NCBI RefSeq assembly: GCF_006345805.1
Contig: NC_042997.1
Span: forward strand, 108,934,001 to 108,998,000
Origin: Octopus sinensis
Taxonomy: Eukaryota
Reading direction: 5' to 3'
DNA length: 64,000 nt
In this document: in pieces, positions 52,190-64,000 of the stretch
How positions within the stretch are numbered: the first letter of the stretch is position 1
Layout: the number at the start of each line of letters is the position of its first letter
Translations under genes and position numbers: made by a program
Notes under the pieces: generated by a model
Database searches by the model: none
Told to the model about the DNA's origin: nothing
What the model saw: the letters and a program-made list of their open reading frames with translations, nothing else

Positions 52190-52895
52190 GATGCTTAGGG
52201 AGTACTTAAAAAATGATGATTCAAGAAAGTTGGTTAAAATTGACGGTAACTTGAATAGTGCCAAATACATCCAGCTGCTGAAGGACAATTTGCTACCAGA
52301 CTTGGATGAAGGTGAGATTTTTCAGCGTGATGGAGTTCCATGCCACAGATCGTGAGCAACACAACCCAGTCTGGCTGATGAAGGTGTTACCGTATTGAAA
52401 GATTGGCCAGCTCAGAGCCCTGACTTAAATATCATCGAGCAAATATGGACAGAACTAAAGAGAAAAGTCTGTCAGAAGAATCCATGCAACCATGAAGAGT
52501 TGTGGGAATTCAGCCACAGAGAATGACATCTCATACCTGTCAAGATGGTGAAAGGTATGCATGCATCTCTTCTCAGGCGCATTGAAGCAATTATTCAAGC
52601 TAAGAAAAGCCACACGAAATATTACAGTGTACAGTAACTTCTTGAAATGAACATTGTGTAATCGATTTTCATTATAATGTATCTTGATTAGTATCGTGAT
52701 TGGTTTATGTGAGGTGGCCGATAACTTATGCACGGCTAATTTTGGTGGTCATCTCGCATCTTCCCTTTTCATTCAGAAACCCTACTAAAAATATAATGAT
52801 TTGGTAGGGAATTGACTCCAACATCCACTTATAATTTGGCAGTTAGTAGATATTTACAATAGTTTAAAGTGTCCGAAGACTTCTGCACGGTACTG
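52190..52895 (+). mobile_element. Tc1-like transposon 3' half with right TIR (IR/DR-like)
   Basis: LVKIDGNLNSAKYIQLL...FQRDGVPCH, DWPAQSPDLNIIEQIW and SHTKY. Ends TGTCCGAAGACTTCTGCACGGTACTG plus TA, with a similar inner motif at ~52712-52737. Confidence 0.85.
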
Positions 52896-53231
52896 TATAT
52901 AAGTGGCACTGCTGGTACTGTGACGACAGTAAATGGCCGAGACTGGAAACAGTGTGGGCGATCGTTTCCGTTCCAAACTGCTAGATGTCTGACATCCTGA
53001 AACCAATGACTCTCGACTCGGGTCTCACCTGTGCGTTTCGATTTTATTTCGTCTGGATTAGATCGTGGAAACGCTTTCTTTGTGACTTGATGCGGACTGA
53101 GAGTAGTGACTTCTATTATTTCTGAGCAATTCGAAAGAACCTATGTGTAGTTTACATAACGAACTTTAAAGTTATATATACAAATTAGGATATATATACA
53201 TATATATATATATATGTATATAATATATATA

Positions 53232-53372
53232 TGTACCCTTTCACCACTCTTTCTCCCACTCTTTCTTCTGTTGGCCTGCTCGTGTTGGCCTGCTCGCTTA
53301 GCCAGCGGGGTGGCGTCATTCAAAAAGCTAAAACAATGCGAACGCATTGTGACCAGCAATGTGTAACAACAT
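53232..53372 (+). mobile_element. SINE family D 3' fragment, inverted relative to the adjacent full copy
   Basis: Reverse complement of 53414-53540 with several substitutions and a 14-bp internal duplication. Confidence 0.85.
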
Positions 53373-53381
53373 ATATATATA

Positions 53382-53851
<470 letters not shown>

Positions 53852-53866
53852 TATATATACATATGC

Positions 53867-53901
<35 letters not shown>

Positions 53902-53907
53902 ATATAT

Positions 53908-54072
53908 ATGCCGGAGTAAACACATAAATGTGAAACAAGGTGGAAAAAAGAGTACTCAAATACCAGTGGTAGAGTAATATGCTTTATTTAAAGCAGCAGA
54001 AAATTCAACAAAACCTGTTACTCTGAGTTTCACGTAACAGGTTTTGTTGAATTTTCTGCTGCTTTAAACAAA

Positions 54073-54078
<6 letters not shown>
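53908..54078 (-). mobile_element. pLTR-like repeat with 45-bp foldback
   Basis: Same family as 1013-1140. 53977-54021 pairs with 54034-54078 around a 12-nt loop. Confidence 0.7.
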
Positions 54079-54119
<41 letters not shown>

Positions 54120-54292
54120 CAAATTGTGAATGGTGTAGAGACAGTAACTTAACGTTCTTTACTGTGTCTGAGGTCCTTGCAAAGGTTTCCATACATGGAA
54201 ACGCAACGAAGGAATGATAAGTCAATATGTTCGCAACATCTATGCAACCGCGTGGGATACTGGGTATTGGTTAAGTATATAACTGTGTATTT

Positions 54293-54560
54293 AGTGAGGT
54301 GGATGGCTTAATGGTGATGGTGTTGGACTCACGATCATAAAATGTGGTTTCGATTCCTGGACCAGGCAATGTATTGTGTTCTTAAGCAAAATACTTCATT
54401 TCACGTTGCTCCAGTCCACTCAGCTGACAAAAAGGACTAATCCTGCGACGGATTGATTATTTGGCATCTCATACGGGGAAGAATATATCCACCAGAGAAA
54501 CCAGGAGACCAGGAACCCAGCCCTGTGCTCCTTATAGAGTAATGACGACTAACCATAACT
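54293..54560 (+). mobile_element. tRNA-derived SINE family C
   Basis: TGGCTTAATGG A box, GGTTTCGATTCC B box and TTGTGTTCTTAAGCAA...TTCACGTTGCTCCAGTCCACTCAGCTG core. Confidence 0.7.
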
Positions 54561-55867
54561 ATGCATTTAAGGATACATTTAAACAAAATAGTTTTAGTGA
54601 ATGAAGGATTCAAAAAAACTGGTTCCGTGTTTGACAAAGAGTAAAGAAACCGAAAAGATCCAGCAATACCTACGTTTCGTTTGGAACAGTAAGCTATACA
54701 CTCTCTCACCACATGGACACACACACACACAATAAATCTGTTGATGCACACGAGCGATAAATTAAAGTACTCAATACAAACATAAAGCACTCTTTATTGG
54801 ATGATGATTGAAAGGCCCCGATTAGCGTTTCATTCAGACTTTCATTTCATATTTGAAAACAAAAAAATTATTCAGACATTTAAAAGAAAACCAAGCTCGG
54901 ATGACCAGGAGGTGATCAGGAACGAGCAGTCCGGAGTATTGGAAATCGGAGCCTTTGAGTTATAATGCGCACGTGCGCGTGAATAAAACAGTTTACAAAG
55001 AAACTGAGAGGTGAACTTGAACTTGAAATCAAGTGCTTAAGAATTTCACTTCTTGTATGTGTGTATATATGTTTATGATTACATACATGCAATACATACA
55101 TACATACATACATACATACATACATACATACATACATACATACATACATAAATACATACATACATAATACATACATACATACATACATACATACATACAT
55201 ACATACATACATGCATACATATATTCATACATACATACATACATGCATACATACATAGCAGTACCAGGCAGTGGCGCACATGGTTGTTGATCTTAACTGA
55301 TTGGAAGTGTTATCATGTACATTGTTTTGTCTTGGTATAAAAGATGGACTACAGCAAATATTCTGCTCAATACCACAGATTTGCTTGTCAGTTGTTTGAT
55401 CTTAACCAGTTGAGCATGTCCCTTAGTGACTGACGATATGTGCATCTCTGATCACGAGCAGAAGTAGTGGGGGAGCATCATAGCCATCTGTTGAGAATAA
55501 TTCTTTGGGGTTTAAATAATTAACCTCAGGGAACATGAATTGATTGTTCATCATCCTTAAACAACCCTTATTCAGGGACCTTTTGAGCAGTATGGACTAC
55601 TCAAGATGAAGAAAATTCTCACTGGGCCCCACTTGCAATGTCATGCGCTTTTTGTCTTGATATGAGATTACCATATCGTGCACATTATGGTTGTGATGCA
55701 TGTGCCTGGTGTACCCTTATCAGACGGGTAGTCATGGTGGGTATACTGGGCTTCGTATATTTTACCCCAGTGTCACTTTGATGGCATGCACTGCTCTCTC
55801 TCACTCTCTCTCTATAGATAAACGTATAATACATACATCCATACCCGCATACAACTATATACATTTG

Positions 55868-56190
55868 TGTGGCGCATGGAACGTCACGCTCACAATCATG
55901 TGGTAGTGAGTTCAATTTCCGGACCGTTCTGTGTGTTGTGTTCTTGAGCAAGATATATTATTTCACATTGCTGCAGTTTACTCAGCTATAGAAATGAGTT
56001 CCGACGTCACTGGCGCTAAGCTGTATCGGCCTCTTTGCCTTTCCCTTGGATAATATCGGTGAGGTGGAGAGGGAAGGCTGGTATGCATGGGTGACTGCTG
56101 GTCTTCCATAAACAACCTTGCCCGAACTTGTACCTCGGGGGTAACTTTCCAGGTGCTATCCCATGGTCATTCATGACCGAAGGGGGTCTT
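55868..56190 (+). mobile_element. tRNA-derived SINE, family C core with a different tail
   Basis: GAGTTCAATTTCC B box and TTGTGTTCTTGAGCAAG...TTCACATTGCTGCAGTTTACTCAGCT core. The tail ends GGTCATTCATGACCGAAGGGGGTC. Confidence 0.7.
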
Positions 56191-56314
56191 AACTCTTTAT
56201 ATAAATATATATACATTTTGAAATGAACTAATTTGAGGGGTTTATAACAGCAGCAGCAGCAGCAGCAGCAAGCAGCAGCAGCAGCAGCAGCAAGCAGCAG
56301 CAGCAGCAGCAAGC

Positions 56315-56358
<44 letters not shown>

Positions 56359-56895
56359 CAGCAGCAGCAGCAGCCGCAGTGGTGATATTCGTCATATGAT
56401 AGAAAATGAAAAGGCAGTTGTAAAATAAAAATATGGCCTTCTCCATTCATCTACCCCGACCTCCACCCAGAACAATTTTGCTTGTTGCCTGCTGGAAATG
56501 AATTATTCTGACACTATTGTTTAAAGGATTCTTCATGTGAATGAAGGGTCAATAGTACCAGCTCCCAGCTGCCATAACAGAGCCACAAAACACCCGTACT
56601 TTTTCTGGCTCTCATTTCCAGCTGACACCAGAAAAGGGTTGTGAATTCAAACGTATAAAAAGCAACACATTTTTATGCGTGGCTACGTCCCTTTACTGGG
56701 GATCCGTTTAGGGAAGAGAAAAGAAGAAAGGAAAAAAAATAAGAATGTGAAGGTAAGGGAGAGAGAGAGAGAAGGAAAGAATAAGAGGATGAAAAGTGAG
56801 AAGGAGAAGAAGAGAGGGAAAAAGAGTGAAGAAAGAGGGTGAGGAAAAGCAATAAACAGATATAGATGTATATAGAAGTGTAAATTGTGAACAAA

Positions 56896-57020
56896 TAGGC
56901 GCAGGAGTGGCCGTGTGGTAAGTAGCTTGCTTACCAACCACATGGTTCCGGGTTCAGTCCCACTGCGTGGCACCTTGTCTTCTCTATGTTTACCCCACTG
57001 TGGGCAATAAAGAAATAAAT
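56896..57020 (+). mobile_element. SINE family A head fused to the LINE-like tail of family B
   Basis: An intact head TAGGCGCAGGAGTGGCCGTGTGGTAAG...GTGGCACCTTG joined to TCTTCTCTATGTTTACCCCACTGTGGGCAATAAAGAAATA. Confidence 0.7.
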
Positions 57021-57029
57021 ATTGCTTTC

Positions 57030-57225
57030 ACATTTTGGAACAAGGCTAGCAATTTCAGGGGAAGGGGAAGCCGAATACATCGGCCCCGAGTCTCAACTAG
57101 TTCTTCTTTTATCGACTCTGAAAGGATGAAAGGCAAAGTTGACCTCTGCAGAATTTGAACTCAGAACGTGCAGACGGACGAAATGTTAAGCAATTTGCCC
57201 GGTATGCAAACGATTCTGCAAGCTC
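57030..57225 (-). mobile_element. SINE family B copy
   Basis: GAAAGGATGAAAGGCAAAGTTGACCTCTGCAGAATTTGAACTCAGAAC core. Confidence 0.7.
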
Positions 57226-57532
57226 GGATTAATATTAAACCTACAGGGGATGGCATGGTTGGGTACATGAGTGTGCATGTGTGTAAGTGTGTGAGTGCAA
57301 GTGTGTATACGTCTGTGTGTGCGTGTGTATGTTCATGTGCTCATGGGTGGGAGTTTACGACGTACCAGCATGCTTAAATCGAAACGGGTTCTCTGCCAGA
57401 ATCGTTCTTGTAAGGTACACATGGCCATTTCTGGTTAATACCTTTCAATGTAGTCTTCTGAGGGAACAATTGTCGGTTTGTCGTGTTTTACGCCACGTTC
57501 ATCTTCAATAGGAAAAGTAGGAAGATCACAAG

Positions 57533-58220
57533 TTTATCGACTACGTTTGGCGAACCGCTATCTTATTTCATCGATCTCTTTGGCGAACTGCTAAGATATT
57601 TTATCGTTCTCCTTTGGCGAACCGCTAGATTACTTTATCTATCTAGTTTGGCGAACAGCTTACTTATTTTATCGGTCACGTTCGGCGAACCCCTAATATT
57701 TTATCGATCATTTTTGGCGAACCGCTATGTTATTTTATCGACACGTTCGGCGAACCACCGAAGATATTTTATCGATCTCCTTTGACGAACCGCTAATTAA
57801 TTTTATCGATATCCTTTGGCGAACCGCTAGGTTATTCTATCGATCTCGCTGGCGAACCGTTAGATTATCTTATCGATCTCCTTTGGTGAACCACTAGGTT
57901 ATTTTAACTATATCCTTTGGTGAACCACTAGGTTATTTTATCGAGCTCCTTTGGCAAACCCCTAAGTTATTTTCTCGAACTCTATTGTTGAACCGCTATG
58001 TTAATTTATTGATCTTTATGGGCGAAGTGCTAAATTTCTTTATCGAATTATTTTGGCGAACCTCCAGGTTATTTTATGGATAACCTTTGGCGCTAAGTTA
58101 TTTTATTGATTTCGTTTGGCGAAGGGCTAAGTTATTTTAACGTTCTCCTTTGCCGAACCGCTAAGTTATTTTATCGATCGCTTTTGGCGAAGCACTAAGT
58201 TATTTCATCGATCTCCTTTT
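57533..58220. repeat. minisatellite, ~34-bp unit, about 20 diverged copies
   Basis: Consensus about TTATTTTATCGATCTCCTTTGGCGAACCGCTAAG. GAAC recurs at 57787 and 57821, giving period 34. Confidence 0.9.
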
Positions 58221-59600
58221 AAGTTTTTACACCTTTTACCATGGTAAAGTGGAAGCGGATTAGTAATTTAAGCGCGGAAATCATGATGAGGACGAATATC
58301 CGTCAAATGTAAATAGTATAAATAATGTGCCTATTCTTTGTTTTGCGGGGTCTGTTTGAAGCGACTTGCTGGATTGCTGGTTTTGAGATCATGGCTATGG
58401 TGGATTGTTTACCACAGAAAGAAAAGTTACATTTGTAATTAAGGGAAAATAATGTAAGTTCGTTTATTGAATAATGCGGTGAAAATTGGGCGGAGAAGCT
58501 TTCAGTCCAAAATATCCGATTACTCTTCTTGCCAGAGAACACGAATATACCGGAGTCTGAGAGTGAAAAAATATCTCTCATATATTACAGGCCAAGAATG
58601 GTGAATTTTAGAGGTATTTTTGTCTCCACTTTTGTTAATTTTCCGAATTTCATTATAATGTTGTATTTTGTTGTTATCGTTGAACCAAACTCTTTCTCTG
58701 AACTATAGTATCTCTCTCCCCTCCTCTCTCTCACTGTGTTAATTACAACTGGGTTTAGGTTAATTGACAGAAATAATAATTAATATTATTGTTATTACAA
58801 ATATGCCGGTACCGAAGTTCAGAAAAGTCGAATGAATACAAATAATTTAATCAAAAAAAAATAATTATTTAATACAATCTGTATTGGTTATAAATCTGTT
58901 CATTTCGATAAACTTTATAAGTCTTTGTCAGTTGTTATTAACACATTTATCGAGAAAGCAAAGGAAATTTTTTAGATTATTTTAATCCCTCAAATGATTT
59001 GAAATCTTATCTATTCTCTCGAGTTATGAATCGTTGAAAATTACTTCTTTGTTTGTCTTTTTGTTTTCATTTTTCTGTCTTTTGTTATTTTGTCGGTTTT
59101 GTTTTCTATTTGCTGTTTCGTGCTCGAAATGTTTCGCCTCGCGTCAGGTCATATTTCATGCTTGAATGACTGCGAATAAACAATAATTCATTTCAATCAA
59201 TTTTAAAAATCATTTGTAATATTAACTTTGTCAGCTCGCGTACGGAAATCATGTTAGCATTGTCAGTATCAACCCCATTTGTATTAAGTTTTCTATTTAT
59301 CCTGAGCAAACAGACTGTGTAGTTCCAAAACTAGTCTTCAGTATGTGTGTGAAGTTTAATCAAGCTCACCTGTTTGTATTGATTTGCTAAGACAAATTAA
59401 CAATTGACTGAAAACTTTCATTGATGTGGCCAATTCTTCGCTTCATTGGTTACAAAAGTAATTTGATATGCTCTATAATGATATCTCCACCGAACTACAC
59501 GGGGAACAGATATTTAGGTTCAATAGCGCTCACCGGCTGTGCATCACAATCTATATACATACATATCTGTCTGTTTATCTATCTATCTATCTATCTATCC

Positions 59601-59660
<60 letters not shown>

Positions 59661-59694
59661 GTCTGTCTGTCTGTCTGGCTGGCTGGCTAGCTGG

Positions 59695-59746
<52 letters not shown>

Positions 59747-59797
59747 ATGTCTGTCTGTCTGTCTGTATATCTGTCTGTGTATCTATTTGTCTGTCTG

Positions 59798-59828
<31 letters not shown>

Positions 59829-60384
59829 GTCTGTTTGTCTGTCTGTCTGTATATGTATCTATCTGTCTATCTATCTATCTGTCTGTCTATCTACTGACGT
59901 GTTGTCGCATCGGCTCCCAAGGTAATCGTCTTTTTTTGACCATTTATAACCCACATTTTGTTTACATTTTTGCACATAAGGTGTGTGAAGCAGCCAACTT
60001 TCGTTTGAGTGTCTTTCCAAGGGAGGAATTAGCCCCTAGGGGCAGTTTCAACCGCAATGAAATCTGTCTATTTTCTTCTCGAATTCTCGAATATGAAGAA
60101 ATGTCATCATAAAACGCTGGTCCAATTCGTTCATGGACTAGTATTTCCCGCATCTTTACCTTTTGACCGGCAGATTTAGAAAATAATTGTTTGTAACTAA
60201 ATACTTTCAAACTTCGGACACTGGTAGAATGTGTCAAATAACACTTTTTTTACTCTTAGTTTATATTTACGAAGTTATTTCGTGTTAAAATTGTCGTATT
60301 TCGGTAATTTCAATCAATTAATGACGTGTATTCAGCTAAATAAAATTACTGCTGTTGTTTGTCAAAAACAACTATCGGTGGTGT

Positions 60385-61090
60385 ATTTTTCGTTTGTCCG
60401 CTTCTCGTGGAAAGGAAGCATTCCGATGGTCAGGCGATCCGTTTGCTGCCAACACCCGCTGAAAGGAGGGCTGGGAATGCCGTGGTTGAGGATGAGCAAA
60501 CACGCGCTGAGACTGCGACATATCCGGCCCTACGTAGACGACGGTGAACAGGTGTGGTCGCCGATTGTGCGACGCACTTTTCCGCAGCTCGTCTCCATGA
60601 CCGAGCTACAGTCGTGGATCAAGAAGAGACCGAGGAAGGGCAAATGGCACCACGAGTGTCGAGTTGCTCTCAAGCAACTATGCCGTCCTGGGTCGAATTT
60701 GAGCGACTTCAACACAACCAAAGCATTCTATAGGGGATTAGTACGGCGACGATCTCGGGGCGAACCTGGGCGTCGACGAGGAATAGCTAACCCGCCTGTT
60801 TGAGACGACTTTCGGGCCGGGACCTATGGACAACTTCCAGAGATCCCTGGCCTGGCAGTGCTATCGAGAAGCGCTACCCGTTCGGGATAAGCTCTACACG
60901 CACGGATCGAGAAATACCGGGCCGACCTGCCCGAGATGCGGGTAGTGCGACGAAACCGTTCTGCACGTGCTCGTGCAGTGTCCAACAATTTCCGACCTGT
61001 AGGCTTATGTCGAACGACTGCTGTCACGTGTGGGACGAGTCGGTTTATCAGCCGAGTCTATCGTCAGTATTGTCGCGCCTCTTTCCTTCA
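60385..61090 (+). pseudogene. Tx1/L1-clade LINE ORF2 C-terminal fragment
   Basis: FSWKGSIPMVRRSVCCQHPLKGGLGMP, then in a shifted frame SLAWQCYREALPVRDKL...CPRCG*CDETVLHVLVQCP (CCHC zf-RVT-like knuckle). Confidence 0.8.
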
Positions 61091-61287
61091 AATTTATTCT
61101 ACAAACCACCATAATGATTACAAGTGACAAGATAATACCTGTCCAGTGCTCACACGCACACAGGCCTCTCTTTGTAGCTATTTCTATGATTCTTTATTTG
61201 CTTTATAGTCTTTTCAACTTCAGCTGGTAATTTCCTAGATTCCATACAAGAAGGAACATAATTTTGTTAATATTATATAAACATAAA

Positions 61288-61512
61288 GGGCGGTGAGCTG
61301 GTAGATTCGTCAGCACGCCGAGAAAAAAATGCCTAGCAGGGTGTTTTTCCGTTTTTCTGAGTTCAAATTCCGCCGAGATCGATTTTGGCTTTCATCCTTT
61401 CGGAGGTTTATAAAATAAGTAAAATAAGTACCAGTGATACACTGGGATCGATGTAATCGACTCATCCCTCCTCTGAAATCGCTGCACTTGAGCCAAAATT
61501 TCAAACCAATAT
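61288..61512 (+). mobile_element. SINE family B copy, near full length
   Basis: GGCGGTGAGCTGGTAGATTCGTCAGCACGCCG head, GAGTTCAAATTCCGCCGAG B box and CTTTCATCCTTTCGG...AAGTACCAG core. Confidence 0.8.
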
Positions 61513-62391
61513 TACGTAAACATGTTTCGTTTCCTATTTATTTGTTAAACGTCAGTCAACACTTTCGCCAGTGTATCTCCAAGCAGAAACTCTTCGTTTT
61601 TGCTGTTCCAGTACGGAATACCCTTAATAAGCTAATTAATTCATTTCTGTTCCAGTCATCTATCTTATTTAATTACAGTCCTTTATCATTCTTTGTGACT
61701 TGTCTTACATTGCTGTTATTATGCTTCGTTTATTTGTTTCTTAAATTAAATATTCCATTATAATCACTGACAGATGCACGAATGTATTTTGTATTCCTGA
61801 ATCACGCCTAATGTTTCATTTTAATCTATCTTTTCCATTTAGGTCTTTCTCCAAGTCCAACTGTTACTTCGTTGCCTCATGTAGTATGTCTTAAATACCA
61901 TTCCACAATTGATGTATTTCCTACTCTCATTTCCTTCCGATCCATTAATGTCTACAGAACAACGAATTTATTTCAACATTCACATAAAAAACCTACTTTG
62001 TACACCTTCTTTGGTTCTCTTTCTTTTTTCTGCATCAACTTCTGAAATCGAGATTTAAATTGTTTCGTTTCACCTTAACTTTGATATTGATGACCGTTGT
62101 CAATAGCCACTCCTATCCTAAATTCTAGGTGTATTAATGGGGTCCAACATCATTTATTAACGGCAATATATTCAGTTTAATTTCGAGTTAGTTTAGTTTT
62201 TCATCTGATAAAGTCCAATTATATTTGTAAGTATTTCGCAGCTAAAAAATTGCTGTCACTTATATCAATCCATTTTCCAAGCAAAACCTATCAAACCGTG
62301 ATCCATTTTTGATAATTTGTCGAGTCTTGTTCAGCAAAACGGTTCTTTGACCTTTTTTTAAGTGTTGGCAAAAACGTTTCCCATACACAGC

Positions 62392-62618
62392 AGCAGCCGT
62401 TCAAGACTTTGGACCTGGAGATCTCCATTTCCAGCGACTTCGAGGCCCACCTCCCAGTGGTGTCGGGCGTCAAAGAAGAGCCCTCGAATACAACAAGCCG
62501 ACCAAAGTTTTTTTTTCCAAAGTCTGGGGTCTCCCGCCACTAAGCCCAAGACCATCACCTAATCACCCTTACCCGTCTTGTTGCTGAACAGCAACAACAA
62601 CAACAACAACAACAGCAA
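62392..62618. repeat. unclassified ~200-bp interspersed repeat flanked by CAG and CAA tracts (copy 2)
   Basis: Homologous to 14376-14570. Confidence 0.75.
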
Positions 62619-62949
62619 GTCATACGTCCACTATTTTCCCAACTGCAACGTTGAAGTTCGTTAAAAATCCATTCATCCTTCTTCATATCGTCTGTTGTTT
62701 CACATGTGCCAGCAGACGTTGCCAATATGCAAACACTTTCACATGTAGACCTGCACCGAGCGTATGAAATCCTCTAATCAATGGGTTGTCATTCCCCAAG
62801 TACTCCACCTCCTCGTGTTTCGCAGATAATGAGGAGGAAATTCACTCGTTTTAATGAGAGAATTTGTGTAATTACGAAGTGTATTTGTTTTTCTAATGTA
62901 TTTACTTATGAAGACGTGTGTGTATGTTTGTGCGTGCGTGTGTGTGTGT

Positions 62950-62980
<31 letters not shown>

Positions 62981-63609
62981 CACGCCTTGGCGTACTTGAA
63001 ACTTTCTTTTAAATATAACCAGGTGAGAAATCTGGTTGATGGACGTCATATTCATAGAATTACGAGGAATGAAGTGAGAACTGGAAGAAAAAGCAACAAA
63101 TTCTTTCATATTTTAGAAGATGGAGTGACGTACGTACGTACGTGTATGTGTGTGTACGTGCGTGCGTGACGTGCGTGCGTGTGCGTGTGTGTGTGTGTCT
63201 GTGTCTGTGTCTGTGTGTGTGTGTGTGTCTGTGTGTAAAATGACTTTTGACAGAGTTTCAGAAATAGATGTGATACGTTGTATTATTTAGGGTAGTTTCA
63301 TAAACAGGTCCAAAGCTACAACGTTGATGATAAATTTCTTTCTAGGGCCATGTATTGTTGTTGTTGTTGTTGCTACTGTTTACACTTTGGTCACCTCCGG
63401 CCCCAGTGGCCGGTCATAGGATGAAAGGCGTTACAACGGTGGACGTCACATTTTTAATGTGATTGGTTTGGGGTTTAATAGCATTTAGCTATTATTTCCA
63501 GCATGTCAAGTGATTACGTATAAGCCCCTTCCCTAGATCAAGATAGAAAAATTAATAGTTAGATACAAAGTGAGAAAGTCATATCTATATAGATGGAAAG
63601 AAGTATTAT

Positions 63610-63742
63610 TTTCTTTTCTACTGTAGGCACAAGGCCCGACATTTTGGGAGAGTGGGGCAGTCAATTAGATCGACCCCAGTACGCAACTGGTACTTAATTT
63701 ATCGATCCCGAAAGGATGAAATGCAAAGTCGATCTCGGCGGA
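63610..63742 (-). mobile_element. SINE family B 3' part
   Basis: GATCGACCCCAGTACGCAACTGGTACTTAATTTATCGATCCCGAAAGGATGAAATGCAAAGTCGATCTCGGCGGA. Confidence 0.75.
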
Positions 63743-64000
63743 GACGGAAAGAAATATTGTAAAATAAATAGACGCATAGGCAGTCAAGCAAAGAGATCGG
63801 TAGAGAGATTGATAGAACAATAATAGATGGATTGGTAGATATATAGAATGGATATCTATGTATGGAAGGTAAGAAATGCAGATAAATAGGTAGACGGACA
63901 GGTAAAAAAGAAAAGAAAAACAGGTACATGAATGTAAAAATAAATAGACAGATAGACAGGCAGACAAACAAATAGTTACAAAGATAAATATATATATTGA

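Noticed and set aside
55258-55795. Possible 540-bp interspersed element with GCAGT/ACTGC ends
   Set aside because: Single copy in the window and the terminal match is too short to support a call from sequence alone.
57533-58220. CRISPR-like regular repeat
   Set aside because: Units are contiguous diverged copies without unique spacers, there are no cas genes, and the context is eukaryotic.

Overview
AT-rich, microsatellite-saturated eukaryotic DNA with no convincing host protein-coding exon. The repeat content looks like an octopus (coleoid cephalopod) genome; this is inferred from the repeat types, not checked by a search. The window is a mosaic of transposable elements. It holds one young, nearly intact RTE/BovB-type LINE (about 45.25-49.21 kb, single frameshift) and a decayed Penelope-like element (RT + GIY-YIG). 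It also holds mariner, Tc1 and maT-like transposase relics, Tx1/L1- and CR1/L2-like LINE fragments, Helitron-type and Tigger-type non-autonomous elements, and many tRNA-derived SINEs. Most ORFs in the supplied track are translations of simple repeats. The most interesting signal is non-coding: at least five unrelated hammerhead-ribozyme (HHR) folds found by hand. One has a G3-C8 swapped catalytic core inside a 130-bp foldback. One sits in a 421-bp retrozyme-like unit. One lies downstream of a complete tRNA-like Pol III cassette at the 3' end of the Penelope element. All folds were derived manually and need covariance-model and cleavage tests. Boundaries of decayed repeats are approximate.
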